Source of the DNA: Candidatus Poribacteria bacterium
GTDB taxonomy: Bacteria; Poribacteria; WGA-4E; UBA9662
DNA: 64,000 nt
Direction: 5' to 3'
Assembly (NCBI GenBank): GCA_046582655.1
Contig: JAYGDX010000027.1
Span: 32,001 to 96,000 of the forward strand
The notes beneath the pieces are model-generated. The model was not told the DNA's origin. It made no database searches and worked only from the letters and a program-made list of their open reading frames with translations. Below are positions 41,375-50,947 of the stretch, in pieces. Position numbers and translations under genes: made by a program. Numbering within the stretch: position 1 is the stretch's first letter; every line of letters begins with the position of its first letter.

Positions 41375-41959
41375 GTGATGGGGATTTTCGTCCTGCTTTT
41401 TGCTGTTTTAATAATAGCGGGGTTGATTTGGCTTCTCTTAAGGAAGAAGAATGTACCTGATTTGCCTGGATCGAGTTTGGATGATGTGGGACCGAGCGGT
41501 GTTATTCTGGTGAAGGGAGATGAATATCTGGTTGAACAAAAGAACAGATACGCTGGAGGAGGTGAAGAATCGTTTGAGTTGAAACTCACTGGTGATGAAG
41601 ATGTGACATTCTGGCTGAATTGGTACCGAGATGGAGGCCTGATCGTAACCATTACGCAGGAGGTTGATTTTGACGAATTAGAATTGACGTCTGCAGATTT
41701 AGACATGTTTGATAGCCAACAGATAGGTGAGTTTGATTTTGATGGTGTTGTATATCATTTAAGTGCGTCGGGAGAAAGCCAATTATATGAGAATTGTCAA
41801 TCGAATGGCGAGCCCTTTTACTACTGGGATTTTGGAGACGAGGAACACAAGCATGTCATTAATATCCAATACTGGGATAGAAACACCTATGAAGCCTCTA
41901 TTGGTGGATACATTCAGGAATCAGATATTGAGATTTATAGTATGACTGAGGATTCGTAA
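41375..41959 (+). CDS. DUF4178-like protein with N-terminal TM helix
   Basis: N-terminal TM; acidic beta-rich domain (FDGVVYHL..SGE...FYYWDF..E....INIQYW...YEASIG) in its typical context next to DUF350. Confidence 0.7.
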   Translation: MMGIFVLLFAVLIIAGLIWLLLRKKNVPDLPGSSLDDVGPSGVILVKGDEYLVEQKNRYAGGGEESFELKLTGDEDVTFWLNWYRDGGLIVTITQEVDFDELELTSADLDMFDSQQIGEFDFDGVVYHLSASGESQLYENCQSNGEPFYYWDFGDEEHKHVINIQYWDRNTYEASIGGYIQESDIEIYSMTEDS

Positions 41960-41999
41960 TCTAAGATAAACAGGACAATTTTTACACAGGAGGTGTGAG

Positions 42000-42326
42000 A
42001 TGAAAAGCAAAGTGGTAAAGTGCAGTTTTGCCTTGGTGGCGAGCATGTTGTGCATTGTGCGTAGTGTAATGGCACAAGAAAATGCCATCCTAGGACAATC
42101 AATAAATAACGGCGTCTGGTTAGGTTTAGTGGAAGGTTTGATTGGGTCTGTGGTCTACAGTGTCTTGGGCATCGTGGTACTTATGGTTGGATTCAAAATT
42201 TTTGATTGGATTACACCCTTCAGCCTCAATACAGAAATAGAAGAAAAGAACAATACCGCTGCTGGGGTCATTGTTGCCGGTATAATGATTGCCCTGGGGC
42301 TGATTGTAGCGGCGGCAATACTTTAA
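42000..42326 (+). CDS. DUF350 membrane protein
   Basis: SVVYSVLGIVVL..FKIFDWITP..L..EIEEKNNTAAGVIVAG..I.LGLIVAAAI. Confidence 0.9.
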   Translation: MKSKVVKCSFALVASMLCIVRSVMAQENAILGQSINNGVWLGLVEGLIGSVVYSVLGIVVLMVGFKIFDWITPFSLNTEIEEKNNTAAGVIVAGIMIALGLIVAAAIL

Positions 42327-42487
42327 TTACGAGACCTTACACAACCTGTACCTCTTTTGTTGAGCGGATGGGAAAGAAACATACACTTGATTCAGAGCAA
42401 AAGGAGCTAAAACGCACTGTGAAATCAATCTCTGAACACTCAGGGTTCCTACCGTTAGGGTTGTAATTTTCCAAGAGATTATTATAA

Positions 42488-42607
42488 TAGCTCCCTTGTA
42501 CAAGTAATAAAATTCGCCGGAATTTAGCCGTGATACAGCTAAACTCGCTGAGGTGTGGGTTCAAAAACATCAAAACTTCTGTTTTTTTGATTTATGCAAT
42601 AGGTCTC
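42488..42607. mobile_element. Degenerate copy of the ~124-bp MITE
   Basis: Shares CTAAA...CAAAAA..C.AAACTTCTGTTTTTTTGA.TTATGCAA.AGGTCT with the copies at 55832 and 58002. Confidence 0.7.
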
Positions 42608-42754
42608 ACCCAAACATTCTACATAATAGATCTCCATTGAAGGATATTGTCCCTCTTCTCTTATCGTTTCACTCCCAATTCTACAGACAAATCCTTTCCA
42701 TCTTCGCCATCTGGTGCCTTTTATACTTCAATAAAAATCAGGAAATAGGAGACT

Positions 42755-43315
42755 TTGGAACCTACCTACATTAGACAGGAAATCACTAGTCTTCGGTTCG
42801 GCCTCTATAAACGTTGCTTAGAACCAGATTTGTTCCATATCTTTAAAAAGCTCACCATTGAACGAAGTGGATACAGAGCAAACTTTTGGATTATCGGCAG
42901 TAGCCATGTTGTCAATATTGAAACAGAGCACACGGAGATGGCGGAAGTGATTACTGCTGATGAAAAAGTTCTGCCATCAACTGGGCAAATCGAATTGATT
43001 CGTAGCTTTGAGAATCGTCATTGCGATTTCCGCGTTGGTAACGAACTCATTTACCAAACAAGTTTCAAAATGATGCGGTACCCAAATGAAGAGTCCTTTC
43101 CTAATAATCCCGGGCTAGACAATGACAAGACACTGTTTCATTTAAGACATAGTTTCCCTAGCTCAGAAATTACAATCGCTGAGCCGGTAACCATAATCGA
43201 TATCCTCAAAGCTGATGAAAACAGATTGGAGCTAAAAACCTTTCATTCCTTTGTCGAAGAACTTACTGTCGTTGCCACCCATTCAACAATCAAGGTAAGA
43301 TCCGAGCATTTATGA
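42755..43315 (+). CDS. DUF2617-like protein
   Basis: IIGSSHVV, H.FP, P.TII.I, TFHSFVEELTVVATHS; stop overlaps the next ATG. Confidence 0.7.
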   Translation: MEPTYIRQEITSLRFGLYKRCLEPDLFHIFKKLTIERSGYRANFWIIGSSHVVNIETEHTEMAEVITADEKVLPSTGQIELIRSFENRHCDFRVGNELIYQTSFKMMRYPNEESFPNNPGLDNDKTLFHLRHSFPSSEITIAEPVTIIDILKADENRLELKTFHSFVEELTVVATHSTIKVRSEHL

Positions 43316-44967
43316 CGTTGCAGTTAGAATACAATGAAAATTTCCCTCAAGAATCGGTTAGCCCAACAGAGACTAACAAATGGGCGGCATTTGTTCTGCT
43401 TTTCTCCGTTTGTCTAATAGCGACATGTGCAATCATATATGAACTCATTATCGCTGCGGTATCGTCGTATCTTCTTGGTAACAGCGTATATCAGTTTTCG
43501 GTCACCATTGGACTGTTTATGAGTTCGATGGGATTGGGTTCGTACCTGTCAAGGTACTTCTCACGTTGCTTAGTGAACCGATTCATACTGATTGAAATCG
43601 CTATTGCTCTAATAGGGGGCATATCATCCGCTGCCCTCTTCAACACATATATCTTCTATGAATCAGCTGCGGTCTATCTCGTTGTTATGTTCATTCTGAT
43701 TACGAGTATAGGTACGCTCGTAGGACTAGAGATACCGATTCTGACACGGATTATAGGGCAGTATGATTCACTTCGCGTAACATTATCTAACGTCCTTGCC
43801 TTCGACTATATTGGTGCTTTAATAGGATCTGTTATTTTTCCCTTGATATTATTAAAATATACCGGTCTGGTTCAGAGCGCTTTCATCGTTAGTCTGTTGA
43901 ATGTTTTTGTGGCAGGACTTTTGCTTTTCCAATACTGGAAGAGTGTTGAAGGCAGATACCTTCTGATTTTCGCTACTGTCTTGACGAGCGGTAGTCTCGC
44001 TGTTGCCGCTATGTACTCTACTGATATCGATAACTGGCTTGAAAGCAAGCTGTACCGAGATCATGTTCAACTGTCCAAACAATCGAGATATCAAAAAATC
44101 GTCCTGACAAAACGAGATGGGCAAAAAGATCTATTATCTGCCGATGATACCATTGTAGAACCATCTGGTCTAGAGGTTACTAACCGCAGGAAAGATCTGA
44201 GACTCTTCATTGACGGAAATCTTCAGTTCAGCTCTGTTGATGAATATCGTTATCACGAAGCTTTAGTTCATCCCGCTATGAATTTGGCTGACAAGCGTGC
44301 CAATGTACTGATTCTCGGCGGTGGTGACGGTTTAGCCGCCCGAGAGGTTCTCCGGTATCCAGAGGTAAAAAGAATTGTCTTGATTGATATAGACCCCGAA
44401 ATCACCAAAGTTTGTAGCAGCTATCCTGAGATTGTCGAACTGAATCAAGGGTCACTATTAAACGCTAAAGTTACCGTAATTAACCAAGACGCATACAAAT
44501 TTGTTGAGTGGGGATATCACAATCAAAAGTTTGATGTTGTTATCATTGACCTGCCCGATCCAAATCGCGAATCGTTGTCGAAACTCTACAGTGTTACATT
44601 CTACAGACTGATTGGGAACATACTAAATGCCAAAGGTGTGATTGTCACCCAGAGCACATCACCATTCTTCTCGCGTGATGCTTTCTGGTGCATACATCAT
44701 ACGATAGAAGAAGCCGAACTATATACGTATGCTTACCATTTAGACATACCCTCAATGGGGGATTGGGGATTCAATCTGTCGGCTAAAACCTCGCACGAAA
44801 TTAAGAAAATTCGTCTGTCAGTTGAAACTAACTTTCTGACCAACAGTTTAATTCAAGCGATGTTCCAATTTGGTAAAGATGTTAACGAACTTGAAACTAA
44901 AATCAATTCGCTTCTTAAACCGGTTCTTATGTTCTACTACGAAGACAAAAATTGGCGTTACTATTAG
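43312..44967 (+). CDS. speE: Polyamine aminopropyltransferase (spermidine synthase) with N-terminal multi-TM domain
   Basis: About 7 TM helices (YELI, GLEIP, FDYIGALIG), then LFIDGNLQFSSVDEYRYHEALVHP, ILGGGDG, IDLPDP, KLYS. Confidence 0.92.
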   Translation: MTLQLEYNENFPQESVSPTETNKWAAFVLLFSVCLIATCAIIYELIIAAVSSYLLGNSVYQFSVTIGLFMSSMGLGSYLSRYFSRCLVNRFILIEIAIALIGGISSAALFNTYIFYESAAVYLVVMFILITSIGTLVGLEIPILTRIIGQYDSLRVTLSNVLAFDYIGALIGSVIFPLILLKYTGLVQSAFIVSLLNVFVAGLLLFQYWKSVEGRYLLIFATVLTSGSLAVAAMYSTDIDNWLESKLYRDHVQLSKQSRYQKIVLTKRDGQKDLLSADDTIVEPSGLEVTNRRKDLRLFIDGNLQFSSVDEYRYHEALVHPAMNLADKRANVLILGGGDGLAAREVLRYPEVKRIVLIDIDPEITKVCSSYPEIVELNQGSLLNAKVTVINQDAYKFVEWGYHNQKFDVVIIDLPDPNRESLSKLYSVTFYRLIGNILNAKGVIVTQSTSPFFSRDAFWCIHHTIEEAELYTYAYHLDIPSMGDWGFNLSAKTSHEIKKIRLSVETNFLTNSLIQAMFQFGKDVNELETKINSLLKPVLMFYYEDKNWRYY

Positions 44968-45039
44968 TTTATCAACAAAGCAACCGTAGTTGTACGGGTA
45001 TATTGAGGAACTTCCACGTAACTGTACACAAGGAGATTA

Positions 45040-45987
45040 ATGATGCCAAGAAATAATGGGCTGAGATTGCAGGCATTTGCAACTACAGGACCGCTGGGAA
45101 GGAAGATAATTCTGGTGATTCAATTTTTCTCTCTTTGTGTTCTTTGGTTTACTGGATGTAGTACTAACATTAAAGATGTTGCCAGTAATCTGGAATTGAT
45201 CAACGGTAAGCCAAGTGAATATCAACAAGCCATAACCGAGTTTGAAAGGGTGATAGAAATTAATCCGGAATCGGAATGGTCACATTACAATTTGGGTCTG
45301 GTCCACTACAACCAAGGTGAATATCAGCAAGCTATTAAACAGTTTGAAAGGGTGATAGAAATTAATCCCAATAACACAGAAGTGCACAACAATCTGGGAC
45401 TAGTCTACCACAACCAAGGTAAGTATCCACAAGCTATTTCTGAATTTGAGAAGGTGAGAGAAATCAATCCCGATAATGCAGAGGCACACAACAATCTGGG
45501 ATTAGCCTACCACAACCAAGGTAAGTATTCACAAGCCATTACTGAATTTGAAGGGGTTTTAAAAACAGATCCCAATAACGTAGGAGCACATAACCATCTA
45601 GGTTTAGTCTACTACAGCCAAGGCAAGTACCAACAAGCTATTTCTGAATTTGAAAAAGTTATAAGACTTGATCCCAATAACGTAGAGGCGCACAACCATC
45701 TAGGACTGGTACATTACAATCGTGGTGAGTATCCACAAGCTATTGCTGAATTCGAAAGGGTAATAAGAATAACTCCCAATAACACAGAAATATACAGTAA
45801 TTTAGGGTTGGTCTATTATAATCAGGGTAAGTATCCACAAGCTATTTCTGAATTTGAGAAGGTTATAAGACTCGATCCCAATAACGCAATGGCCTATTAC
45901 AACTTAGGGTTGGTTTATAAAGAACAAGGCAAAATCACAGAGTCAGAAGCGGAATTCAAGAAAGCAAAAGACATGGTCACAGAATAG
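45040..45987 (+). CDS. TPR-repeat protein, possible lipoprotein
   Basis: About 7 near-identical 34-aa TPRs (AH..LGLVY..QGKYPQAISEFEKVI..DPNN); FTGC lipobox-like motif. Confidence 0.9.
   Translation: MMPRNNGLRLQAFATTGPLGRKIILVIQFFSLCVLWFTGCSTNIKDVASNLELINGKPSEYQQAITEFERVIEINPESEWSHYNLGLVHYNQGEYQQAIKQFERVIEINPNNTEVHNNLGLVYHNQGKYPQAISEFEKVREINPDNAEAHNNLGLAYHNQGKYSQAITEFEGVLKTDPNNVGAHNHLGLVYYSQGKYQQAISEFEKVIRLDPNNVEAHNHLGLVHYNRGEYPQAIAEFERVIRITPNNTEIYSNLGLVYYNQGKYPQAISEFEKVIRLDPNNAMAYYNLGLVYKEQGKITESEAEFKKAKDMVTE
45215..45935 (+). repeat. 102-bp tandem repeats encoding TPR units
   Basis: Recurring 'caagctatttctgaatttga..aggt.ataaga...atcccaataac' at about 102-bp spacing. Confidence 0.8.
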
Positions 45988-46115
45988 GAAAAAAGTTGCT
46001 CATTACCTATGATTACTCTGCTATCCACGCTTGGGTATGGTCAAACAGATTTCAATCTGTTTCAAAATTTAACACTCGCCAATTGCATAAGAGCCTTAAC
46101 TTTCGTAAAAGCTGA

Positions 46116-48293
46116 CTACTTTAGGATAATCATTTTCTGCGCAAATACAGATCTATCCGTTTTCAAAGTATAGAAATATGTTCCGCTGGCTACTTTTTCA
46201 CCAGCATCAGTCTTGCCATCCCAATAGATAGCTTCTGACTGACTAACATAACTCCCTGCATCAACATAACCCACGTTTATGCTTCTAACAGGATTTCCCA
46301 CCACATCATAGATAGTTAGCTTGACTTCGGAATCCTGATTCAGTTCAAATGGTATCCAAGTTTCAGGGTTAAAAGGATTGGGGTAGTTCTGTAGTAATTG
46401 CGTATGTACCGGGAAACTATCAGGAAGGATAGTCTTTAACAAATTTAGTGCCAGTTCCTCTATTTTCGAGCGGTTTGGTTTCCTCCCTAATTCCATGATG
46501 GCGGATTGAATGTTCTGATTCTGCTGATTGGAGAAAACCAGTTCCTTAGATAATGATAGTGCTGGTGCTGCCAGTGTCCGGCCAAAGTTACTGGCGACCG
46601 TCACTAGATCAAAGATGTTGACCTGATTATCACCAGTGACGTCTCCTGATAGATTCGCTCCATCTTGACCAAATTGACTGGCAACCGTTACCAGATCAAG
46701 GATGTCGACAGTACCATCGTCGTTGATATCTCCAACTAGCACTGGACCAGCCTGTGCGGAAATCATGGTCTCTGAACTGAGTCTGGCAGAGACCTTAGCT
46801 TGATACCGAATTCTTTCTCTGGGGCGAATTGCTCTGGTACTGATTATGGTGATACTGACACTGGTACCTAGCGTCTCTGGAATGCGGACTTTTCCGGCAA
46901 AATCGCCGATAATTTCCCCTTCAAGGTTTTCGATTTTGCTGTCAACTGATAGCATATATAACGTTGGAGTGTTGACACTCAGGTTCCGCATGATTGTGAC
47001 TGGATCTAAGGGGATGGTCGGCGAACCAATTAATTGGGTAGAGCTTTTTACTTTTCCAATATAGGTTTCTTTCACGACGTATTCGCCTATCGGAAGGTTG
47101 AAAATAAAAGGGCCGTCTTGGATCTTGCCACTATTAGACTTGAACGACTTACTCATATCAGTTCCATCAATGGAGATGGTTGTGACTATGTCAATAATAT
47201 CGAAAACGATTTTGATAGGTATTCCAGCACCAATCCCAATAGGCGCTACAAATTCTCCAGCGCCATTACCTTTGATATTTTGGGTTACCACCTCGTTGGC
47301 CCCAACGAATGGTTCGACGGTCCACCCAATATCTTCTAGCATACCTCGGACAATAGGTCCAATATCATGAGTCGATTCCTGCATATTCTGATCCGGTGTC
47401 ATTAAAGTATTGATATCTCCCGGCGGATAAGTGGTTTCGTCCAAGTGAGAATAGCTTGCTCCTTCCTCCCACTGTATGGGAGCATAGAGTTTGGGCCAGT
47501 TTCCTTCGTATGCGACTTTACCAGATGATCCATTCCAAAACAGTTTGTCACTGGTCATCTGTTTCCCTAGAGCGACTGAAGGATCGTTAAAACTGGTGAT
47601 CGCCTTGCCAGAACTATTGACCACAGACAGATCATAAATGCCGGAAAACCCTTCGTTTCTAACCGAACCTTCTTTAGTAAAAGTGTCGTAACTTTCTTCG
47701 CCAATAAAACCGATGCCGTGAATCAGTTCATGAAGCACCAGAGTGACAAAGTCAAATCTGTTGGCGGACGTGTTTCCATCCGTGCCAAAATAGAAATCTA
47801 TATTACTATTGAACTCAGCAAGAATATCAGGTTGATCCGGATTTTGATCTATTCCTGACAGCTTATCAGCCATAGCGTCGGAATACCAGACATCCGGCTT
47901 TCCATGATTAAAATTTTTGTGGACCTTGATTGAACCTGACGATCCCAATGTGTCACCGTTAATCGGTTGAAACACGGCATCAACCCTGATCTCAACATCC
48001 GATGCAATTTCTATCTTTAAGAGATCTACCGCGTATTGGAAAGCGACTTTGGCTGTCGGGTTTTGATTAAATCCGTCATCATAGGTAACGGTGATGTTTG
48101 CAGTGCCTAAATCAACTTGTCTATTCCTAAAGTATAATGGCGGAGGAACTCTGGCATCAGTGTTTCGATTAATACCCTTTCTATAATGCTTGGTACTTGG
48201 TTGTCTTTGGTTTTGACTGCTAACATCAAAGGTAATCAAAAAAAGACAAAATAGTACAACGCATGAAATAAAGCGACTTCTTAGAGACTTCAT
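46116..48293 (-). CDS. Secreted zinc-metallopeptidase-like protein with dockerin repeat and FlgD-Ig/T9SS-type C-terminal domain
   Basis: Signal peptide, LHELIHGIGF (HExxH), two GD.N.D..V.I.DLVTVA.FG dockerin repeats, LLQNYPNPFNPETWIPF...WDG...GEKVASGTYFY...KMIILK. Confidence 0.85.
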   Translation of the reverse strand: MKSLRSRFISCVVLFCLFLITFDVSSQNQRQPSTKHYRKGINRNTDARVPPPLYFRNRQVDLGTANITVTYDDGFNQNPTAKVAFQYAVDLLKIEIASDVEIRVDAVFQPINGDTLGSSGSIKVHKNFNHGKPDVWYSDAMADKLSGIDQNPDQPDILAEFNSNIDFYFGTDGNTSANRFDFVTLVLHELIHGIGFIGEESYDTFTKEGSVRNEGFSGIYDLSVVNSSGKAITSFNDPSVALGKQMTSDKLFWNGSSGKVAYEGNWPKLYAPIQWEEGASYSHLDETTYPPGDINTLMTPDQNMQESTHDIGPIVRGMLEDIGWTVEPFVGANEVVTQNIKGNGAGEFVAPIGIGAGIPIKIVFDIIDIVTTISIDGTDMSKSFKSNSGKIQDGPFIFNLPIGEYVVKETYIGKVKSSTQLIGSPTIPLDPVTIMRNLSVNTPTLYMLSVDSKIENLEGEIIGDFAGKVRIPETLGTSVSITIISTRAIRPRERIRYQAKVSARLSSETMISAQAGPVLVGDINDDGTVDILDLVTVASQFGQDGANLSGDVTGDNQVNIFDLVTVASNFGRTLAAPALSLSKELVFSNQQNQNIQSAIMELGRKPNRSKIEELALNLLKTILPDSFPVHTQLLQNYPNPFNPETWIPFELNQDSEVKLTIYDVVGNPVRSINVGYVDAGSYVSQSEAIYWDGKTDAGEKVASGTYFYTLKTDRSVFAQKMIILK

Positions 48294-48796
48294 ATGGTGA
48301 TGTCCTTTAATTAAACCACGTTCTTAAAATAAACATAAATACAGATACCTAAAACTGGCATGCGTAATAGTGAGTAACGAGAATAATTACGGAATATTTC
48401 TTTTACTGAGGCAACCGACCAATTTGATTGACTAGCTCATTAGCATTGTAATTTTCTGATTCGCCAATCCTTCCCTAAAGAAATGGCTAGTCGCTTGATA
48501 GTACCAGCATCAATTTGCCCGACAACCTGAAATCTGAAGAGTGGGCTAGAAAAATTCACGCATCCCACTTTTTTGACGAGTAAAAGCATGTTAGCAAGCT
48601 TGTAATAGGCTCGCGTATAAATAAAGCTAGTATCCACTTCAGTATAATTAAACAGTATGCCTTCCACCTGTTTGCATAAATTCTATTTTCTTTCTGCTGT
48701 AATATCGTCGCTGTTTTTTTGTCGTTCAATTGGTTGCTGGTTGACTTTGCAACACGTTCAACATTTATAGCAGTTAACTTAAAGGAAACTACCTCT

Positions 48797-48966
48797 CAAA
48801 CCCTGCCTAAACGGTGGATAATAGAGAGCACCTTTTCTTGGTTGGGGCGGTATTGATGCTTAGACCAAGATTATGAGCGCAAAAGTCAGCACTCGGAGAA
48901 CATTATCTATATTGCTATGATTCAATTGATGTCGAAGCGAATCTAATCTCTTTCAAACAGGTTCTA
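48797..48966 (+). mobile_element. IS5-family (IS1031-group-like) transposase 3' fragment and right end
   Basis: Translates LPKRWIIESTFSWLGRY*CLDQDYERKSQHSENIIYIAMIQLMSKRI*, followed by the IR-like TTTCAAACAGGTTCTA. Confidence 0.75.
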
Positions 48967-49271
48967 AGAATGTCAACGACACGATCTAAAAAAAACAAGC
49001 TTGATAAACTAGTTTTCACAGTTGTCATTTTAGCAACATTCCCAAGTTTTGTTTGCCGTTTACTTATTTTACGACCTTCTAGTCTGGAACCGTATCCAAT
49101 TCCAAATTTTGATTAAAAAATTGCTTGAAATTAGTATATCATGTCTCTTCCCTTGGCCGATGCTGATTACCCAAATTAATGTCATTATGTACCTGAATTT
49201 GAAAATCCTTGATTGATTCGGTAATTCGTGTTATTTTTAGACCCACTAACAAAATGGAGAATTAAGATACT

Positions 49272-50039
49272 GTGCATTTGTCAAAGGAAGCAGTTGAAGA
49301 GTTTCAATGTCAGGGCTATCTTAAGATTGACCACCAATTGATAGAAAATGATCATTTGGAGATTTTACGGCGACAATATGATCAAGTTTTTGCTGAACAT
49401 AGGAATACCGATGGTCAGGGATTACGCAATCTGGCGGTTACAGAAGGCACGGAACCACAAAGGCAGACAGAAATGCTACAAATCATGGAGATGTGGCAAA
49501 AGGATGAACAGTTCTATAAACTGCTGTTCCACCAGTCACTGTTAGACATTGCTGAAAGTCTGATCGGAAAAAACATTCAACTCTTCCATGATCAAGCATT
49601 ATATAAACCAGCACATATTGGCGGAGAAGTCCCGTGGCATCAAGACAACGGTTATTGGCGTTGCTTTCCTCCAAATTTAGTTAGCATTTGGATTGCCCTA
49701 GACGATGTAGATGAAGAAAACGGCTGTATGAATGTGATTCCAAAAAGTTACGCAAAAGGCGGGATCGACCACACTCGAGCCAAATCAGAAGAAAAAGAAC
49801 TGCCGGCACTATTAATGGCCAGCATTGATGATGATCAAGCCGTGTCCGTGCCGTTGTTAGCTGGACATGGAATGGTTCATCATTGTTTAACTTTACATCA
49901 GACCAATCCCAATAATTCTAGCCGTGATCGTCGAGCCATGGTTATTCATTACATGCTGGTAGGAACACAAAATTCAAAAGGGGAAATTTTAGCCGACAAC
50001 CTCCTGTTAAGAGGTGTGAATCATTTGAATGCGGAGTAG
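49272..50039 (+). CDS. Phytanoyl-CoA dioxygenase (PhyH) family Fe(II)/2OG enzyme
   Basis: WHQD, WIALDD...NGC, distal His (LTLHQT), DRRA. Confidence 0.9.
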   Translation: MHLSKEAVEEFQCQGYLKIDHQLIENDHLEILRRQYDQVFAEHRNTDGQGLRNLAVTEGTEPQRQTEMLQIMEMWQKDEQFYKLLFHQSLLDIAESLIGKNIQLFHDQALYKPAHIGGEVPWHQDNGYWRCFPPNLVSIWIALDDVDEENGCMNVIPKSYAKGGIDHTRAKSEEKELPALLMASIDDDQAVSVPLLAGHGMVHHCLTLHQTNPNNSSRDRRAMVIHYMLVGTQNSKGEILADNLLLRGVNHLNAE

Positions 50040-50101
50040 GTTCCTAAAAACGTTCTTGATCTCGCTATAGATTCAGATTGGATGAATAGAAAGGATCTGT
50101 A

Positions 50102-50926
50102 ATGCCAATTACAAGCGCCTTGCCGGATATGGAAAGGGAACTCAGGTTTTTTCCTGTCGGAAGTCAGAATCCCAAGAAATTAACGGCAGCGCAAATTCAG
50201 CATTTCAACCAAAAAGGGTATCTTTTTCCGCTTGACGTTTTTACTCCGGAAGAAGCGGGGAAAAACCGGAAATATTTTGATCAACTGATGGAAAAAGCAG
50301 TTCAAGCGGGCCACAATAGCTATTCAATTAATGGATGGCATCGGCACTGTCACGGTATTTATGATCTCTGTTACGACGATCGCATATTAGATTACATGAC
50401 CGATCTGTTAGGAGAAAATCTCATCTGCACTATGACCCACTATTTTAGCAAAGAACCATCTGATGGAAAAAGAGTCAACTGGCATCAAGATGCATCGTAT
50501 TGGCCGTTAACACCAAGTAAGGTCATTACTGTCTGGTTGGCCATTGATGACGTGGACAAAGATAACGCACCCATGCAGTTCATTCCTGGGTCACATTTGC
50601 ATGGTCAGATCCCTTTTGAACATAGCAAACCAGAAGAAAATAGTGTGCTGGGTCAATCAGTACACAACTCGGAGGAATACGGAAAACCGGTTTCTGTAAT
50701 CATGAAAGCGGGTCAGATTTCAATCCATTCTGACCTGTTGTTACACGGATCGGAACCCAATATGTCTGGCCGGCGTCGCTGTGGGTTAACCATGCGTTAT
50801 AATCCGCCAGATGTTCGAGGTTGGGATGCCAGGCGGGCAGAAGGTATTATCTGCCGCGGTTCCGACCCTGACGGGTACTGGCAACTACTTCCAAGACCCG
50901 ACGGGGATCACTTGCCAACGTGTTAA
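50102..50926 (+). CDS. Phytanoyl-CoA dioxygenase (PhyH) family Fe(II)/2OG enzyme
   Basis: WHQDASYW, WLAIDD, PGSH, LLHGS.PN..RRCG. Confidence 0.9.
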   Translation: MPITSALPDMERELRFFPVGSQNPKKLTAAQIQHFNQKGYLFPLDVFTPEEAGKNRKYFDQLMEKAVQAGHNSYSINGWHRHCHGIYDLCYDDRILDYMTDLLGENLICTMTHYFSKEPSDGKRVNWHQDASYWPLTPSKVITVWLAIDDVDKDNAPMQFIPGSHLHGQIPFEHSKPEENSVLGQSVHNSEEYGKPVSVIMKAGQISIHSDLLLHGSEPNMSGRRRCGLTMRYNPPDVRGWDARRAEGIICRGSDPDGYWQLLPRPDGDHLPTC

Positions 50927-50947
50927 GGCAAACCTAGTGAATAAAAA

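Noticed and set aside
42337..42774. Small ORFs 42337-42573 and 42553-42774 (also 58065-58283)
   Set aside because: They are read-throughs of MITE sequence (shared QK..NFCFFDLC text), not independent genes.
45215..45935. Regularly spaced repeats as a possible CRISPR array
   Set aside because: They are in-frame 102-bp coding TPR units with no unique spacers, and no cas genes are present.
48440..48667. 75-aa minus-strand ORF upstream of the dockerin protein
   Set aside because: No clear RBS or recognisable motif; it may be a gene relic but I cannot support that.
49272..50926. PhyH pair as halogenases
   Set aside because: Both keep the HxD carboxylate (WHQD), whereas halogenases have HxA/G.
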